Positions 1-9,367 of a stretch of 64,000 bases of DNA are shown here, one piece after another. This stretch comes from a virus: positions 1 through 64,000 of the IMG/VR virus record IMGVR_UViG_3300036819_000087; one strand, 5' to 3'. Both the position numbers and the translations under genes were made by a program. The notes under the pieces were generated by a model that had not been told where the DNA came from, made no database searches, and was given only the letters and a program-made list of their open reading frames with translations. Numbering within the stretch: the stretch's first letter is position 1; every line of letters starts with the position of its first letter.

Positions 1-523
1 GCCCCGCCCCGACCCCGGACACCAGCCCGCCGGTGACCGCGATCAGCCCAGCCGCGAGTGGCTCCAGGCTGCCGGTCGCGAACCCGGCGACCAGCCACAG
101 CTTCTGGAGCATCCCCAGTTCCCCGAAGCCTTTCTTCGCCGAGTTGTCCACCGACCGGGCCAGGCGGTCATGGGCACCGGCGTCCTGGTTCGCGGCCCGG
201 GCCGCCGCCTCCAGGGCCGCCGCGTCGGCGATAGCGGCCCGTTCCTGCGCCTGGAGCGCGTCGTTGACCCGCTGCGCGGCCTCGTCGGCGGTGATCTCCC
301 CGCGGGCGAATTTCTGCGCCGCGTCCTCCGCGATCTTCATCGCCGCGGCGGCCCGGTCCCCGGCCTCCTGCGCCCGGAGCCCCATCTCGCGGGCTTTCAG
401 AGCGGCCGCGTCGGTGCGGTCACCGAACTGTTTCGTCGCCTCGATCGCGCGGCGGAGCGGCTCGGTGTACTCGTTCACGTCCGCGATGAACTTGGCTACC
501 GCCGGGGGCAGTTCGTCGGCGAC
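1..523 (-). CDS. Tape measure protein, N-terminal part (runs off window)
   Basis: Open frame (V)ADELPPAVAKFIADVNEY..., Ala-rich helical followed by a hydrophobic segment, downstream of tail chaperones; start codon uncertain (GTC at 523, GTG at 478). Confidence 0.75.
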
Positions 524-538
524 ACACTCACCCCACGA

Positions 539-979
539 TCATGTTTTGGTAAACGCACGGAACACGCGGATCGCGGCGTCGCGGGCTTTCAGCTCGGCGG
601 CGAGCATCCCCGGCCGCACATACGGGCGGGCCGGCAGATGCGACTTGTGGCCCCGCCCCGCCCAGCCGCCGAGTTCCTGGATGCGGGCGTAGATCATGGT
701 CGGGGCGATATGCACCGTCCACCGGCCGGCTCCGGAACTGTAGGTTTTGGTTTGCCGGACCGATCGGCGCAACTGGCCGGTGATCAGGCCCGGCGGGGAC
801 CCGGGCGGGGACTGGGTGGGGGTGCCGGGGGCGTGGGAGGTCCGGCCGAGCTGTTTCTTGATCTCCCGCTCCCCGACCGCCCCCATCGCCTCGGCTGCGG
901 ATTTGACCGCCCGGTCGGCGTCCCGTTCGATCTGCCGCAACCTGGCCAGCAACTGCTCGACCGACGCACCAGCCGCCAC
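539..979 (-). CDS. HK97 gp10-like tail completion/neck protein
   Basis: TGQLRRSV, YARIQELGG and LPARPYVRP motifs typical of this family. Confidence 0.75.
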   Translation of the reverse strand: MAAGASVEQLLARLRQIERDADRAVKSAAEAMGAVGEREIKKQLGRTSHAPGTPTQSPPGSPPGLITGQLRRSVRQTKTYSSGAGRWTVHIAPTMIYARIQELGGWAGRGHKSHLPARPYVRPGMLAAELKARDAAIRVFRAFTKT

Positions 980-1013
980 ACACCACCCCGCCTGACCTGC
1001 TGGTTTATTTTGT

Positions 1014-1286
1014 TTACCTGCCGCCGCGGGCGGCGCGGGCCCGTTCCCGGGCCGCTTCCTGCTTTTGCCTGACCTCGGCGGCGTGTTCCTCGGCCTCCTC
1101 GATCAGAGGCCACCACGTCAATGCGTCGAGGCTGGCGTCGTCCACCTGCTCCTCGGTGAACCCGTACACCTTCGCGAAATACCGTTTGGTGAGGGTCTCG
1201 GCTGGCATGCCGTCCGGGAAGGGCAAGTCCTGGCCGTGGTCGGCTAGGAAGAGGCCCCGGAGGCGGACGACATCCCGGGGTTTGGG
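1014..1286 (-). CDS. Tail assembly chaperone, -1 frameshift extension (gpGT-like)
   Basis: Frame 1014..1412 is -1 relative to the chaperone ORF and is entered at in-frame slippery C CCA AAC (1286-1280). Confidence 0.7.
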   Translation of the reverse strand, partial: PKPRDVVRLRGLFLADHGQDLPFPDGMPAETLTKRYFAKVYGFTEEQVDDASLDALTWWPLIEEAEEHAAEVRQKQEAARERARAARGGR

Positions 1287-1639
1287 GTCTCCATCACCTT
1301 CTCGATGTACGGGGCCAGCCAGTACTCCAGGGCGGCGTAGTCGTCGAGGTCGAGGGTCTCCCCGATGTAGTCGGCGACGTGCTCGTGCCAGCGGGCCGAG
1401 TTGCCGACGCATTCGGGGCAGGAGTGGTCCCCGGGCAGCGGCTGGTCCAGCGACCAGGATTCCAGCAGGCGGGCCAGCAGGGCGGTCGAGATCATGGTCA
1501 TGATCCCGCCTGACATGGCGCCGAGCGACCCGTCAGCGGCCATGTCGATGCGGACCGCGGCCTGGGCGGCGAACTTGTCTTTGGCTTTCAGCCGGTCCCG
1601 GAGCTCAACCGAGGCCCCGGTGGGCAGATCCAGATGCAT
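1244..1639 (-). CDS. Tail assembly chaperone (gpG-like)
   Basis: Directly after the tail tube gene; slippery heptamer near 3' end; GAAAGGA RBS before MHLDLP. Confidence 0.75.
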   Translation of the reverse strand: MHLDLPTGASVELRDRLKAKDKFAAQAAVRIDMAADGSLGAMSGGIMTMISTALLARLLESWSLDQPLPGDHSCPECVGNSARWHEHVADYIGETLDLDDYAALEYWLAPYIEKVMETPNPGMSSASGASS

Positions 1640-1722
1640 ACGCGCCGATCCTTTCGGGCATGACGGCCAGGCCCCGGCGCCGGAAGGAGACGAACGGCGG
1701 GGGCCTGGCCGAGATGGGGGGG

Positions 1723-3066
1723 TTAGTAGGTGGGGCAGTTGTTGACCAGGGTCACCGTGCACGGGCCCTGCCCGCCGGACCCGCCGACGTTGGTGAAGTT
1801 GTCGACGGCGGTCCACTCCGTCTCATAACCGACCAGCACCGCGCTCCTGGTGGGCTTGGCCTTCAGGACCGCGGCCTGCTGGAACGCGACGTTCAGCCCG
1901 AGGTAGGTCGCGGCCGTGGCCGCCGCGCCGTTGTTGATCGAGATGAGCATGGCGGGCTGAACGTTCTGCTCCATCAGGTCCAGCGGCGACTCGTCCCCCG
2001 GCGTCGAGTAGTGGCTGGCGCCGGTCACGTCGAGGTTGCCGCGGGCGATGATGAACGGGTTCGGGGTCCCGTCGTCGTTCCAGTAGACCTGCAACTCGCG
2101 TTTGAACGAGATGGTCCACTCCCCCACCGTGTTCACCGATCCGAGGCTGGTGGGGTTGTTGATCGCGCCGACCTGGATCGTGGACCGCCAGTTCGCGATC
2201 GGGACCACCGTGCTGACGACGTTGGTGGGCGCGGACCCGGCCGGGGTGGAGATCCACGACGTGCCGGTGACCTTGGCCTGGAGCAACTGCTCCGAGTTGC
2301 CGGTCAGGTCGAGCTGCGCGACACACGTCGAGGGATACAGGCGGGCCCCGAACGTGTTGGTGGTGCCACCCCCGGCGCCGGTCATCGGGCCGAGGTAGTC
2401 GGTGACGGTGTGGGTGGGCGGCTGGGCGCCGTAGGCGCCGCCGTACCCTTGCGCGGAGTTGAGCAGGTTGAACGCATGGGTGAAGTTGTTCACCACGGTC
2501 GCGGTCGTCCCGATCGCGAACACCGACGTGGCGGAGCCTTGCGCGTACCGGAGCGGGCAGTTCGCGAACGTCAGCACCGACCCGGCCACGTTGGTCAGCG
2601 GCACCACCTCAGCGGTGACCCCGCTACCGAACTGGGCGAACCCGCCGCTGGTGAACGAGCCGCCCGCGGCGACGGTCGCCTGGGTGCCGCCGACCGCGAC
2701 CGCCGCGGCCAGGCTGGTCGTCCCAGCGAACGACCCGTTGTAGACGGTCGACAGGTCCCCGAACACGTTGTCGAGGAAAAACCCGTCCATGTCCCCGTAG
2801 AAGGGGCCGCCGTAGTTGAACGAGGCGTCCTCGGGGCCGAGGATCACCGCATACGTGTGCCCCATGTTGCCCCGCAGGCTGTTGTCCATCAGCCAGTGCG
2901 GCGTGTCCTCCGGCTCGAACGAGGACTTGTCCAGGGGGATGGTCGAGGACATGCCCGAGATCGCCGGGGTGACCCCCGGCAGCAGGGGCGCGCCCGCGGT
3001 CAGTTCCCGGGCGAGGCCGGCCCACGTCCGGGAGCCGGGGAAAACGTTCGGTCCACCAAGTGCCAC
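1723..3066 (-). CDS. Major tail (tube) protein
   Basis: 447 aa, G/T/N-rich beta-type composition, position before the chaperones. Confidence 0.75.
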   Translation of the reverse strand: MALGGPNVFPGSRTWAGLARELTAGAPLLPGVTPAISGMSSTIPLDKSSFEPEDTPHWLMDNSLRGNMGHTYAVILGPEDASFNYGGPFYGDMDGFFLDNVFGDLSTVYNGSFAGTTSLAAAVAVGGTQATVAAGGSFTSGGFAQFGSGVTAEVVPLTNVAGSVLTFANCPLRYAQGSATSVFAIGTTATVVNNFTHAFNLLNSAQGYGGAYGAQPPTHTVTDYLGPMTGAGGGTTNTFGARLYPSTCVAQLDLTGNSEQLLQAKVTGTSWISTPAGSAPTNVVSTVVPIANWRSTIQVGAINNPTSLGSVNTVGEWTISFKRELQVYWNDDGTPNPFIIARGNLDVTGASHYSTPGDESPLDLMEQNVQPAMLISINNGAAATAATYLGLNVAFQQAAVLKAKPTRSAVLVGYETEWTAVDNFTNVGGSGGQGPCTVTLVNNCPTY

Positions 3067-3120
3067 ACAACTCCCAAGGGGCTGGTCAGGTTCGGATGGT
3101 GCTGGACGGGGCCACGCCGG

Positions 3121-3420
3121 TCAGGACGTGGCCGTGGGCTTGCTTCGGGCCTTACCGGCTGGGGACGCCTCGTCCGGGGCCTGTGAGGTCGCCCCAGCGC
3201 CGCCGCTGGGTGGGGTGGCCTGGCCGCCGTCGCCGATGGTCTCGTTGCCCTCGGCGGGTTTCCACCAGCCGTCGGCGGGCGGGACCGGGAGCTTGTCCCA
3301 GGTGGCGCGGATCTCGTACGCCTCGCCGGGCTGGGCGTCGAGCTGGCGGCCGGTGGCCGCGTCCACGTAGTCGCCGTAACTGCGGGGCGTCCCCGTCCCG
3401 GTGTACTGCCAGCGGTCCAT
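3121..3420 (-). CDS. Hypothetical tail-region protein
   Basis: GGAGG RBS then MDRWQYTG... Confidence 0.55.
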   Translation of the reverse strand: MDRWQYTGTGTPRSYGDYVDAATGRQLDAQPGEAYEIRATWDKLPVPPADGWWKPAEGNETIGDGGQATPPSGGAGATSQAPDEASPAGKARSKPTATS

Positions 3421-3443
3421 AACGGCCTCCCGACCTGCGAAAA

Positions 3444-3474
3444 TTGCGCGAACCGTACGGCTACTGTACGGTTC
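3444..3474 (+). promoter_or_regulatory. Sigma70-type promoter with overlapping inverted-repeat operator; leaderless start at 3480
   Basis: TTGCGC-N17-TACGGT; inverted repeat GAACCGTAC (3450-3458)/GTACGGTTC (3466-3474); ATG 7 nt after the -10 box. Confidence 0.6.
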
Positions 3475-3479
3475 GGGGT

Positions 3480-4367
3480 ATGACGACAACCGAGGACAAG
3501 ACCCCCACCCCCGAACAGATCGCGGCGTGGGTCACCGACCTGTATGCCGCCGTCATCGACGACATGGCCCACGGTCTGGTGGCCACCGAGGTGCGCGACT
3601 TCACCGACATCGCCACCGACTACCTCGACGCCAACAAGTACGCCGACCAGGTCGGCATCCCCTACGGCAGCGACCCCCGCGCTGGCCTCAACGGCTACGG
3701 CACCGTGAACATGGTGTACGGCCTCGTCAACGACCGGCTGCCCCTCAAGACCGACGAGACCGGCCTGCTCCGCGACCTGGTTATCGAGGGCTGGACCGCC
3801 CGCATGGTGCGCGACCTTCAGGACCTCGGCCGGGACGGGAAGCTGACCGACCCGCACGCCCGCACCCTGACCGGGCTCGGCATCCCCGTCCCCGCCGACC
3901 TGATCGCCGAAGGCATGGAAGCCGGCGAGGGCATCGAGGCCGTGTTCCTGGGTGTCCGCGCCGCTCTGCCCGCCGGGATGGGCGTGCTGGTCGACGAAGA
4001 CCTATGCGTCGAGGTGCTCACCCAGGTGTCGGCGCGGCTGCCGCTGTTCGCCGAACTCGACAACGCCCAGGTCACCGCGCTCCACAAGGTCGTCACGGCC
4101 GCGCTGGCCACGCCCGGTTTCATCGACCCGCGCTGCGAGGATGAGCGGCCCGGCCTCGAATACCTGCGGGACCGCCTCGGCGACATCGCGGCGATGGAAG
4201 GCCGCGACCCGAAGTTCGCGCCGCTGACCTCCGATCAGGTCACCGACCTGTACCAGGTGCTGGAGATCGCCGTCCAGGACCCCATCGACGGCTACTGGGC
4301 CGATGAGACCGCTGGGCCCACCCTGGAGAACCTGTTCGCGCTCCTCGAACGGGTCAGCGGGTCATGA
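3480..4367 (+). CDS. Hypothetical acidic helical protein
   Basis: Long ORF with natural composition; first gene of a plus-strand island. Confidence 0.7.
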   Translation: MTTTEDKTPTPEQIAAWVTDLYAAVIDDMAHGLVATEVRDFTDIATDYLDANKYADQVGIPYGSDPRAGLNGYGTVNMVYGLVNDRLPLKTDETGLLRDLVIEGWTARMVRDLQDLGRDGKLTDPHARTLTGLGIPVPADLIAEGMEAGEGIEAVFLGVRAALPAGMGVLVDEDLCVEVLTQVSARLPLFAELDNAQVTALHKVVTAALATPGFIDPRCEDERPGLEYLRDRLGDIAAMEGRDPKFAPLTSDQVTDLYQVLEIAVQDPIDGYWADETAGPTLENLFALLERVSGS

Positions 4368-4657
4368 CCGCCGCTGGTGAGGAGCCCAGGGTCGGGACCG
4401 AGGAGGCGCGGGCCACGTTCGCCGACCTCCTCCGCCGCGCCGGGCAGGACCGGGCATCGACCGTGATCACCCACCGGGACTACCCGGTGGCCCGCGTCGT
4501 CCCCTACACCGACCAGCCGCCGATCCCCCACGCCGACTTCCAGGCACTGGTCAACGCCTGCATCCGGGCCGGCTGGAAAGAGGGGCCCGTGGTCGAGATG
4601 TTCGGCGAGTTCGTCGACCAGCACGGCTTCGACATGACCACGGAGGCAACCGGATGA
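4364..4657 (+). CDS. Phd/YefM-family antitoxin-like DNA-binding protein
   Basis: VGTEEARATFADLLRRA...TVITHRDYPVARVVP matches the Phd N-terminal pattern. Confidence 0.7.
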   Translation: MTAAGEEPRVGTEEARATFADLLRRAGQDRASTVITHRDYPVARVVPYTDQPPIPHADFQALVNACIRAGWKEGPVVEMFGEFVDQHGFDMTTEATG

Positions 4658-4908
4658 GCTACAACGCACGGCTGTTCAACCAGCCGAAGCTTCTCGCCAT
4701 CGTCGAACTGACCGACAGCGTCTCAAACGAATGCGAGTCCGTCGCCGACGCGCTCGCCGACTACCAGGCCGCCGACGAACTCACCGGACAGGACCGGGCC
4801 GACGCCCGCGAGGAGGCCCGTGAGGCCGCCTGGGCGGCCCTCGGTGACCTCCTCGCCGAGGCCGACAAACTCCGCAAGCTACGCGACCAGTTGCACGCCG
4901 AGGGCTGA
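4654..4908 (+). CDS. Hypothetical coiled-coil protein
   Basis: ATGA overlap with the upstream gene, GGAGG RBS. Confidence 0.65.
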   Translation: MSYNARLFNQPKLLAIVELTDSVSNECESVADALADYQAADELTGQDRADAREEAREAAWAALGDLLAEADKLRKLRDQLHAEG

Positions 4909-4927
4909 ACCCCCAGCCTCCACCAGC

Positions 4928-4965
4928 GCCGCCCGTCAGCCATCCCCCTCAGGCTGGCGGGCGGC
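4928..4965 (+). terminator. GC-rich hairpin terminator
   Basis: GCCGCCCGTCAGCC/GGCTGGCGGGCGGC stem after the 3480-4908 operon. Confidence 0.55.
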
Positions 4966-4983
4966 TTCATGCATCATGGGGCC

Positions 4984-5472
4984 ATGAGGTTCACCGACCA
5001 GCACAGCTACGGCGCACCCCCGGACCTGCCCGACGCCGGTGAGGGTGCGTGCTGCCTCGGCGCTGCCGTGCACGGCCCGCAGCGGTGCACCTGCTGGGAG
5101 CCCGTGTTCGACCTCGACCAGGCCCCCATCGCCGATGGGCCGGCCACGCCGATGCCGCGCACCTCGATGTGCGGCGACTGCGCGTACCGGCCGCGGTCAC
5201 CCGAGCGGACCGGGGACGAAACCTACGCCAACGAGGAATCCGACCTGGAAAACCTCGTCCAGACGGGGGCGCCGTTCGCCTGCCATCAGGGGATGCGCCG
5301 CCCGGTCGTGTGGCGGCACCAATCCGGGGCCGAGGTCCCCGGCCACCCGGCCAGCTATCAGCCGCCGATGGCGAACGGGTGGGCGTACAAGGCCGACGGG
5401 AGCCCCGCCGATATTTGCGGGGGCTGGCTGTTGCGGCGTGCCCGGTTCCTGCGCGAGAATCCGCCGTCATGA
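4984..5472 (+). CDS. Cys-rich metal-binding protein, DUF6283-like motif pattern
   Basis: CGDCAYR...FACH...ICGGW. Confidence 0.55.
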   Translation: MRFTDQHSYGAPPDLPDAGEGACCLGAAVHGPQRCTCWEPVFDLDQAPIADGPATPMPRTSMCGDCAYRPRSPERTGDETYANEESDLENLVQTGAPFACHQGMRRPVVWRHQSGAEVPGHPASYQPPMANGWAYKADGSPADICGGWLLRRARFLRENPPS

Positions 5473-5693
5473 ACAGGTTGCGTGGCTGGCCGCGGTTCTG
5501 GTTCGGTGTCGCCCTCATGGTGGCCGGGGCCGTCCTGGTCTCGGTCCCGTACTGGCGATGATCAGCCTGGTGTGCTGGCGGCGGCGCCGCTGGTGGCGGC
5601 GGCACGGCCGGGGCGACTGGTACTGGTGCGCGTTCTGCGCCGCGGGCACCAGGCACCGCTGCGGTCGCGAGTGCGGGTATTGCCAGGCCGCCG

Positions 5694-6212
5694 CTATGCC
5701 TTGATGACTTCGAGGACGGTCAGCCCGACCAGGGCGTCGTACCGGTTGTACGCCTGGTTGACCAGCGACCGGAGTTCGATCCGGTAGGTCATTTTCTCGC
5801 CCACGTCGATGAGGGTGGAGATCGTGTTCGGGTCGTACGGGTCCTGCACTTCGGCCGGGTCGTCGCTGGTCCGCAGCACGGCCATCACCGCGTCGACCAC
5901 GCCGGGGAACAGGCTGTCGATGTCGGCCTGGTCGTCGGCGGCGAACCACACCAGGTACACCGACATGTCGTGCTCGATGCCCTTGTCCCCCGAATAGGTC
6001 CCCGGCCCGGTGTTCCGCGGCACGCTGCCGGCCCGGTTCGGGTCCCGGTCCTCGTTCCCGTCCCCCGGCCACACGTACGCGGTGGGGATGTCGGTTTCCA
6101 CGTTGGGGTCGGGTGGGGTGATGTAGGCGGCCAGGTTCGGGGTCGAGTCACCCGGCAGCGGCAGCCCATCCAGCAGGCCCTTGATGTAGCCCAGCGTGCT
6201 GGCGATCGGCAT
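5694..6212 (-). CDS. Probable tail terminator/neck protein
   Basis: MPIASTLG... 172 aa, follows the head-tail adaptor. Confidence 0.55.
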   Translation of the reverse strand: MPIASTLGYIKGLLDGLPLPGDSTPNLAAYITPPDPNVETDIPTAYVWPGDGNEDRDPNRAGSVPRNTGPGTYSGDKGIEHDMSVYLVWFAADDQADIDSLFPGVVDAVMAVLRTSDDPAEVQDPYDPNTISTLIDVGEKMTYRIELRSLVNQAYNRYDALVGLTVLEVIKA

Positions 6213-7174
6213 CAGATGGTCCGCGCGTAGGGGCGGAGGAGCATCTTCGCGGACGCTTTCAGGTCCCGGGAGTTGAGCCCGGCGCCGCCACCCGTCCCGG
6301 AGGTGGTGCCGCCGCCGGGGATCGTCTGGACCGTGGTCGAGGTGGCGCCGCGGGTGAGTGCCTCGTCGGCGCACAGCAGGATCGCGGCCCACACCACTGA
6401 CCCGGGCAGCGTGGACACCATCGTCCCGGCCGTATGCGGGGCGCCCAGCCCTTGGGACAGGGTCAGCGTCCCGGGCCCGGAGGTGGCCGAGCTGGCGGTG
6501 ACCTTGACGATTTCCTGCCCGGCCGGGTCATACACGGTCCCGGCCGCCCCCACCTGGCCGGACGCCTCGCTGGTGATCGCCCAGCCGGTGCAATCGTCGA
6601 CCAGGATCTCGGAGTCGCCGGCGGCCGCGTCAGCGATCAGGCCGGCGTGGGGCCAGCCGTTGATGTACTGGACGTTGGCGACGAACCCGTTCCGGCCGTT
6701 ACACCAGCCCGCGTACGGGGCCAGGATGATCGACTGGCCACCCTCCCCCGCCGCCGACGGCGCCGACGTGCCGTACAGGCCGATGGGGGGGAACTCGATG
6801 TCCCAGTACCCGTCGGGCAGCGACCGCCACGACCGCGGGAGCACGTTCGGGGAGACCTTGGCGGCCAGGATCGACAGGATCGGCCACCGGGCCATGATCA
6901 TCCGGATGTTGCCGGTGGACTGCTGGATCGTCATCCGGTAGTCGGGGCCGGAGTACTGTTCGGTGTTGATCGTGGCCCGCAGCGGCTGGTTGACGATCTC
7001 GTCGACCGCCGCGGTCGCGTACTGGCACAGGTTCGCCTGGGCGGCGACCCGCTGCGCGGGCGTCACCCCCGACCCGGCCGGCACCGAACTCCACGAGATG
7101 CCGGTGGGGGCCTGGACCAGCAAGGGCGGGGTCACATACGGGGTGCCCGGCCCGACCGGCAGCGGGGTGCTCAC
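6212..7174 (-). CDS. Head-to-tail adaptor
   Basis: Position and C-terminal AKMLLRPY motif typical of adaptors. Confidence 0.65.
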   Translation of the reverse strand: MSTPLPVGPGTPYVTPPLLVQAPTGISWSSVPAGSGVTPAQRVAAQANLCQYATAAVDEIVNQPLRATINTEQYSGPDYRMTIQQSTGNIRMIMARWPILSILAAKVSPNVLPRSWRSLPDGYWDIEFPPIGLYGTSAPSAAGEGGQSIILAPYAGWCNGRNGFVANVQYINGWPHAGLIADAAAGDSEILVDDCTGWAITSEASGQVGAAGTVYDPAGQEIVKVTASSATSGPGTLTLSQGLGAPHTAGTMVSTLPGSVVWAAILLCADEALTRGATSTTVQTIPGGGTTSGTGGGAGLNSRDLKASAKMLLRPYARTI

Positions 7175-7374
7175 GTGGCCGCCTCCTCACGGTCGGGCCG
7201 CGGGGCCCGGTGGCATTTCGTGCACAGGTAGCCGCCGAGGTCGGGGGCCTCGACCATATGGCGGGGGCAGATCGGGGTCCCGCAGGTCACACAGTCGGTG
7301 ACGGGGGCGGAGGTGCGGGCCGCACGTCCTCGTTTCCGGACGCCGCACCGCCCGCACACTCCGCGTCCCGTCAC
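7171..7374 (-). CDS. Small zinc-finger protein
   Basis: CxxC...CxxC...CxxH...CxxC. Confidence 0.55.
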   Translation of the reverse strand: MTGRGVCGRCGVRKRGRAARTSAPVTDCVTCGTPICPRHMVEAPDLGGYLCTKCHRAPRPDREEAAT

Positions 7375-7384
7375 ACAGCCGCCC

Positions 7385-8101
7385 TTACTGCCCGGCGCTG
7401 GTGAGCCGGGCAGCCAGTTCCGCCTTGGTGCCGTGCTGGTCGAGGCCGCGGCGTTTGCATTCCTCGCGGAGCTCGGCGACCTTCATCCCGTCCACGTCGC
7501 TCTTGGTGAGCTGCGGAAAGGCGTACGGCCCGGCCGGGATGGGCGCGGCCATCTTGTGGGCGTCGCCGGGTTCACCGAACTGGATGACCTGGTCTGCGGT
7601 CAGCGTGTTGATCCCGCCGTGGACCTCTCCGGTTTGGGCTTTGCCGGTCTGGGTGAAGTTGTGGCCGCACTCCCCGCAGAAGTTGGTGCCCGCCGAGGCG
7701 GTGTGCCCGTTGGGGCATTCCTTGGTCGCGCCGAGGTCGTGGGGCACCGCCGCGTTGGGGGTGCCGGACATGAGGGTCTGGAGGGCGTCGGCGGCCTCGG
7801 GCATCCCGGCCAGGCGGGCCAAGGCCAAGGCCATGATCTGGTCCCGGTCCCGGGACCCGCGCAGCTCAAGGTCCTCGCGGGCGCGGGTCTCATCCGGTGT
7901 TTCGGGGATCTCCGACACGGTCCCCGCCCAGAGCGGGTCGTTGCGGAGGATCGGGGAGGCCGCGCATTGGGGGCATTCGAGCCGCCAGATGCGGACGGGG
8001 GCACCGTCGATGACGGGTCGGCTGTGGCCACGGCCGCAACCTCCGCCCTCGGCGGACAGAGCAACGTGCGCCACGTCGCTCCGCGCATACAAACCAGCCA
8101 T
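7385..8101 (-). CDS. Zinc-ribbon protein with C-terminal SAP DNA-binding domain
   Basis: MKVAELREECKRRGLDQHGTKAELAARL is a SAP consensus; CPNGH...FCGECG ribbon; GGAAGG RBS. Confidence 0.75.
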   Translation of the reverse strand: MAGLYARSDVAHVALSAEGGGCGRGHSRPVIDGAPVRIWRLECPQCAASPILRNDPLWAGTVSEIPETPDETRAREDLELRGSRDRDQIMALALARLAGMPEAADALQTLMSGTPNAAVPHDLGATKECPNGHTASAGTNFCGECGHNFTQTGKAQTGEVHGGINTLTADQVIQFGEPGDAHKMAAPIPAGPYAFPQLTKSDVDGMKVAELREECKRRGLDQHGTKAELAARLTSAGQ

Positions 8102-8152
8102 GTCATTCCTTCCAATGGGGTAGTTGGTACAGGTGGAACAGGTGGGATAAGT

Positions 8153-8218
8153 GAGCGCCCCGCCTGGAGTTGAACCAGGCACCTCGCTGGCCGGGGCCTG
8201 ACACTGGACTAGCGCGCG
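8153..8218 (-). ncRNA. Degenerate tRNA-like element (intact T-arm, no anticodon arm)
   Basis: CCTGG-TTCAACT-CCAGG T-arm followed by CGGGGCGC; upstream TAGTCCAGTG resembles a D-arm start; about 9 nt too short for a cloverleaf. Confidence 0.35.
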
Positions 8219-8280
8219 TCGCCGCGGGCCAGGGCTGATTCCTCGGCCGAGGACCAAGCGCGGGGGGCAAGATTGGGCGG

Positions 8281-8655
8281 GTGGACATTGATGTGCGCAC
8301 CATGACCCAGCCCGAACTGGTCCGGCGCCGGGCTGAACTCGAAGGCATCCTGGCCGTGCTGGCCGCGCACACCCTCGACGAGGTGTGCGCCGAACTCGGC
8401 GAGATCAGCTACCTGCTGAACCGGACGAGAGCGTTCGGGGAGTGCCGGCACTGCGGGCAGGAGATCGTCCAGTCCTGCGACCCGCCGTCGCTGCCGGGTC
8501 TGTGCCGGGGGTGGAAGCACACCGCGTGGCTTGATCAGATGCCGATCGGCGCCCACTACTGCGGGGGCCGATCGGTCAACCCGCTGGCAGAGCCAGCGGA
8601 GCCTCCGACACTTTCCGGAGGGCCTCAGCGACCACCCGTTCGTCCTGCCGGATGA
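8281..8655 (+). CDS. Hypothetical Cys/His-containing protein
   Basis: CRHCG...WKH...HYC. Confidence 0.55.
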   Translation: MDIDVRTMTQPELVRRRAELEGILAVLAAHTLDEVCAELGEISYLLNRTRAFGECRHCGQEIVQSCDPPSLPGLCRGWKHTAWLDQMPIGAHYCGGRSVNPLAEPAEPPTLSGGPQRPPVRPAG

Positions 8656-9364
8656 CGGTCTCCCAGCACTCCCCGCACGCCCCCGACCGGCCGACCCGGC
8701 GCCGCGCCGAGTGTTCCCGGCCGTCGCACAGCGCGGCCGCTTTGCGGGCCAGCGGATGCGAGACGGTGAAATGGTCCGGTTCCCACACCGGCCCCACCGA
8801 GGGTTTCCCGTCCCGTTTCCGCTGTTTGGCGCGGATCCGGCGGACCGCGCCGACCGCGTCGGCCGCGGACAGTTCCCCCGCCCGGACCTGCGCTTGGGCG
8901 GCGGGGGCCAGGTCGAGGAGCGCGAGGTAGAACCCGACGGTGGCGTCGGTCATGCCGATGCTCTTGGCGATCCGCACGTTGGAGTAGCCGCGGTCCCGGA
9001 GCCGCCCCATCGCGGTGGCTTTCTCCATGGGGCCGAGGTCGCGGCGGTGGCAGTTCTCGACCAGCATCAGTTCTTCGGCGGCCACGCCGCTGTCGCCGGT
9101 CCGGATGACGACGGGGACCATGTCGAGGCGGCTGCCGTCCGGGCGGCGGACCTTTTTCGCGGCGGCGTGGCGGCGGTGCCCGGCCAGGATCTGGTAGCAG
9201 CCGGGCAGCTCAGGGTGGACCTCGACCACGATCGGCTGAAGGAGACCGTGCCGGGCGATCGACGCGATCGTTTCGGTGAGGTCGCCGAGGTCCTCGCGGG
9301 GGTTGTCCGGATGCGGGTGGATCCGGTTGATATGGATCTGCCGCTGGGCGCTGGTGTGTGTCAC
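8576..9364 (-). CDS. ParB/RepB/Spo0J-family protein
   Basis: HPDNPR, GLLQPIVV, LAGHRR, ENCHRRDL motifs plus HTH. Confidence 0.85.
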   Translation of the reverse strand: MTHTSAQRQIHINRIHPHPDNPREDLGDLTETIASIARHGLLQPIVVEVHPELPGCYQILAGHRRHAAAKKVRRPDGSRLDMVPVVIRTGDSGVAAEELMLVENCHRRDLGPMEKATAMGRLRDRGYSNVRIAKSIGMTDATVGFYLALLDLAPAAQAQVRAGELSAADAVGAVRRIRAKQRKRDGKPSVGPVWEPDHFTVSHPLARKAAALCDGREHSARRRVGRSGACGECWETVIRQDERVVAEALRKVSEAPLALPAG

Positions 9365-9367
9365 CGG

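Noticed and set aside
8153-8218. Functional tRNA gene or attP core
   Set aside because: No anticodon arm, poor full acceptor pairing and no adjacent integrase; kept only as tRNA-like
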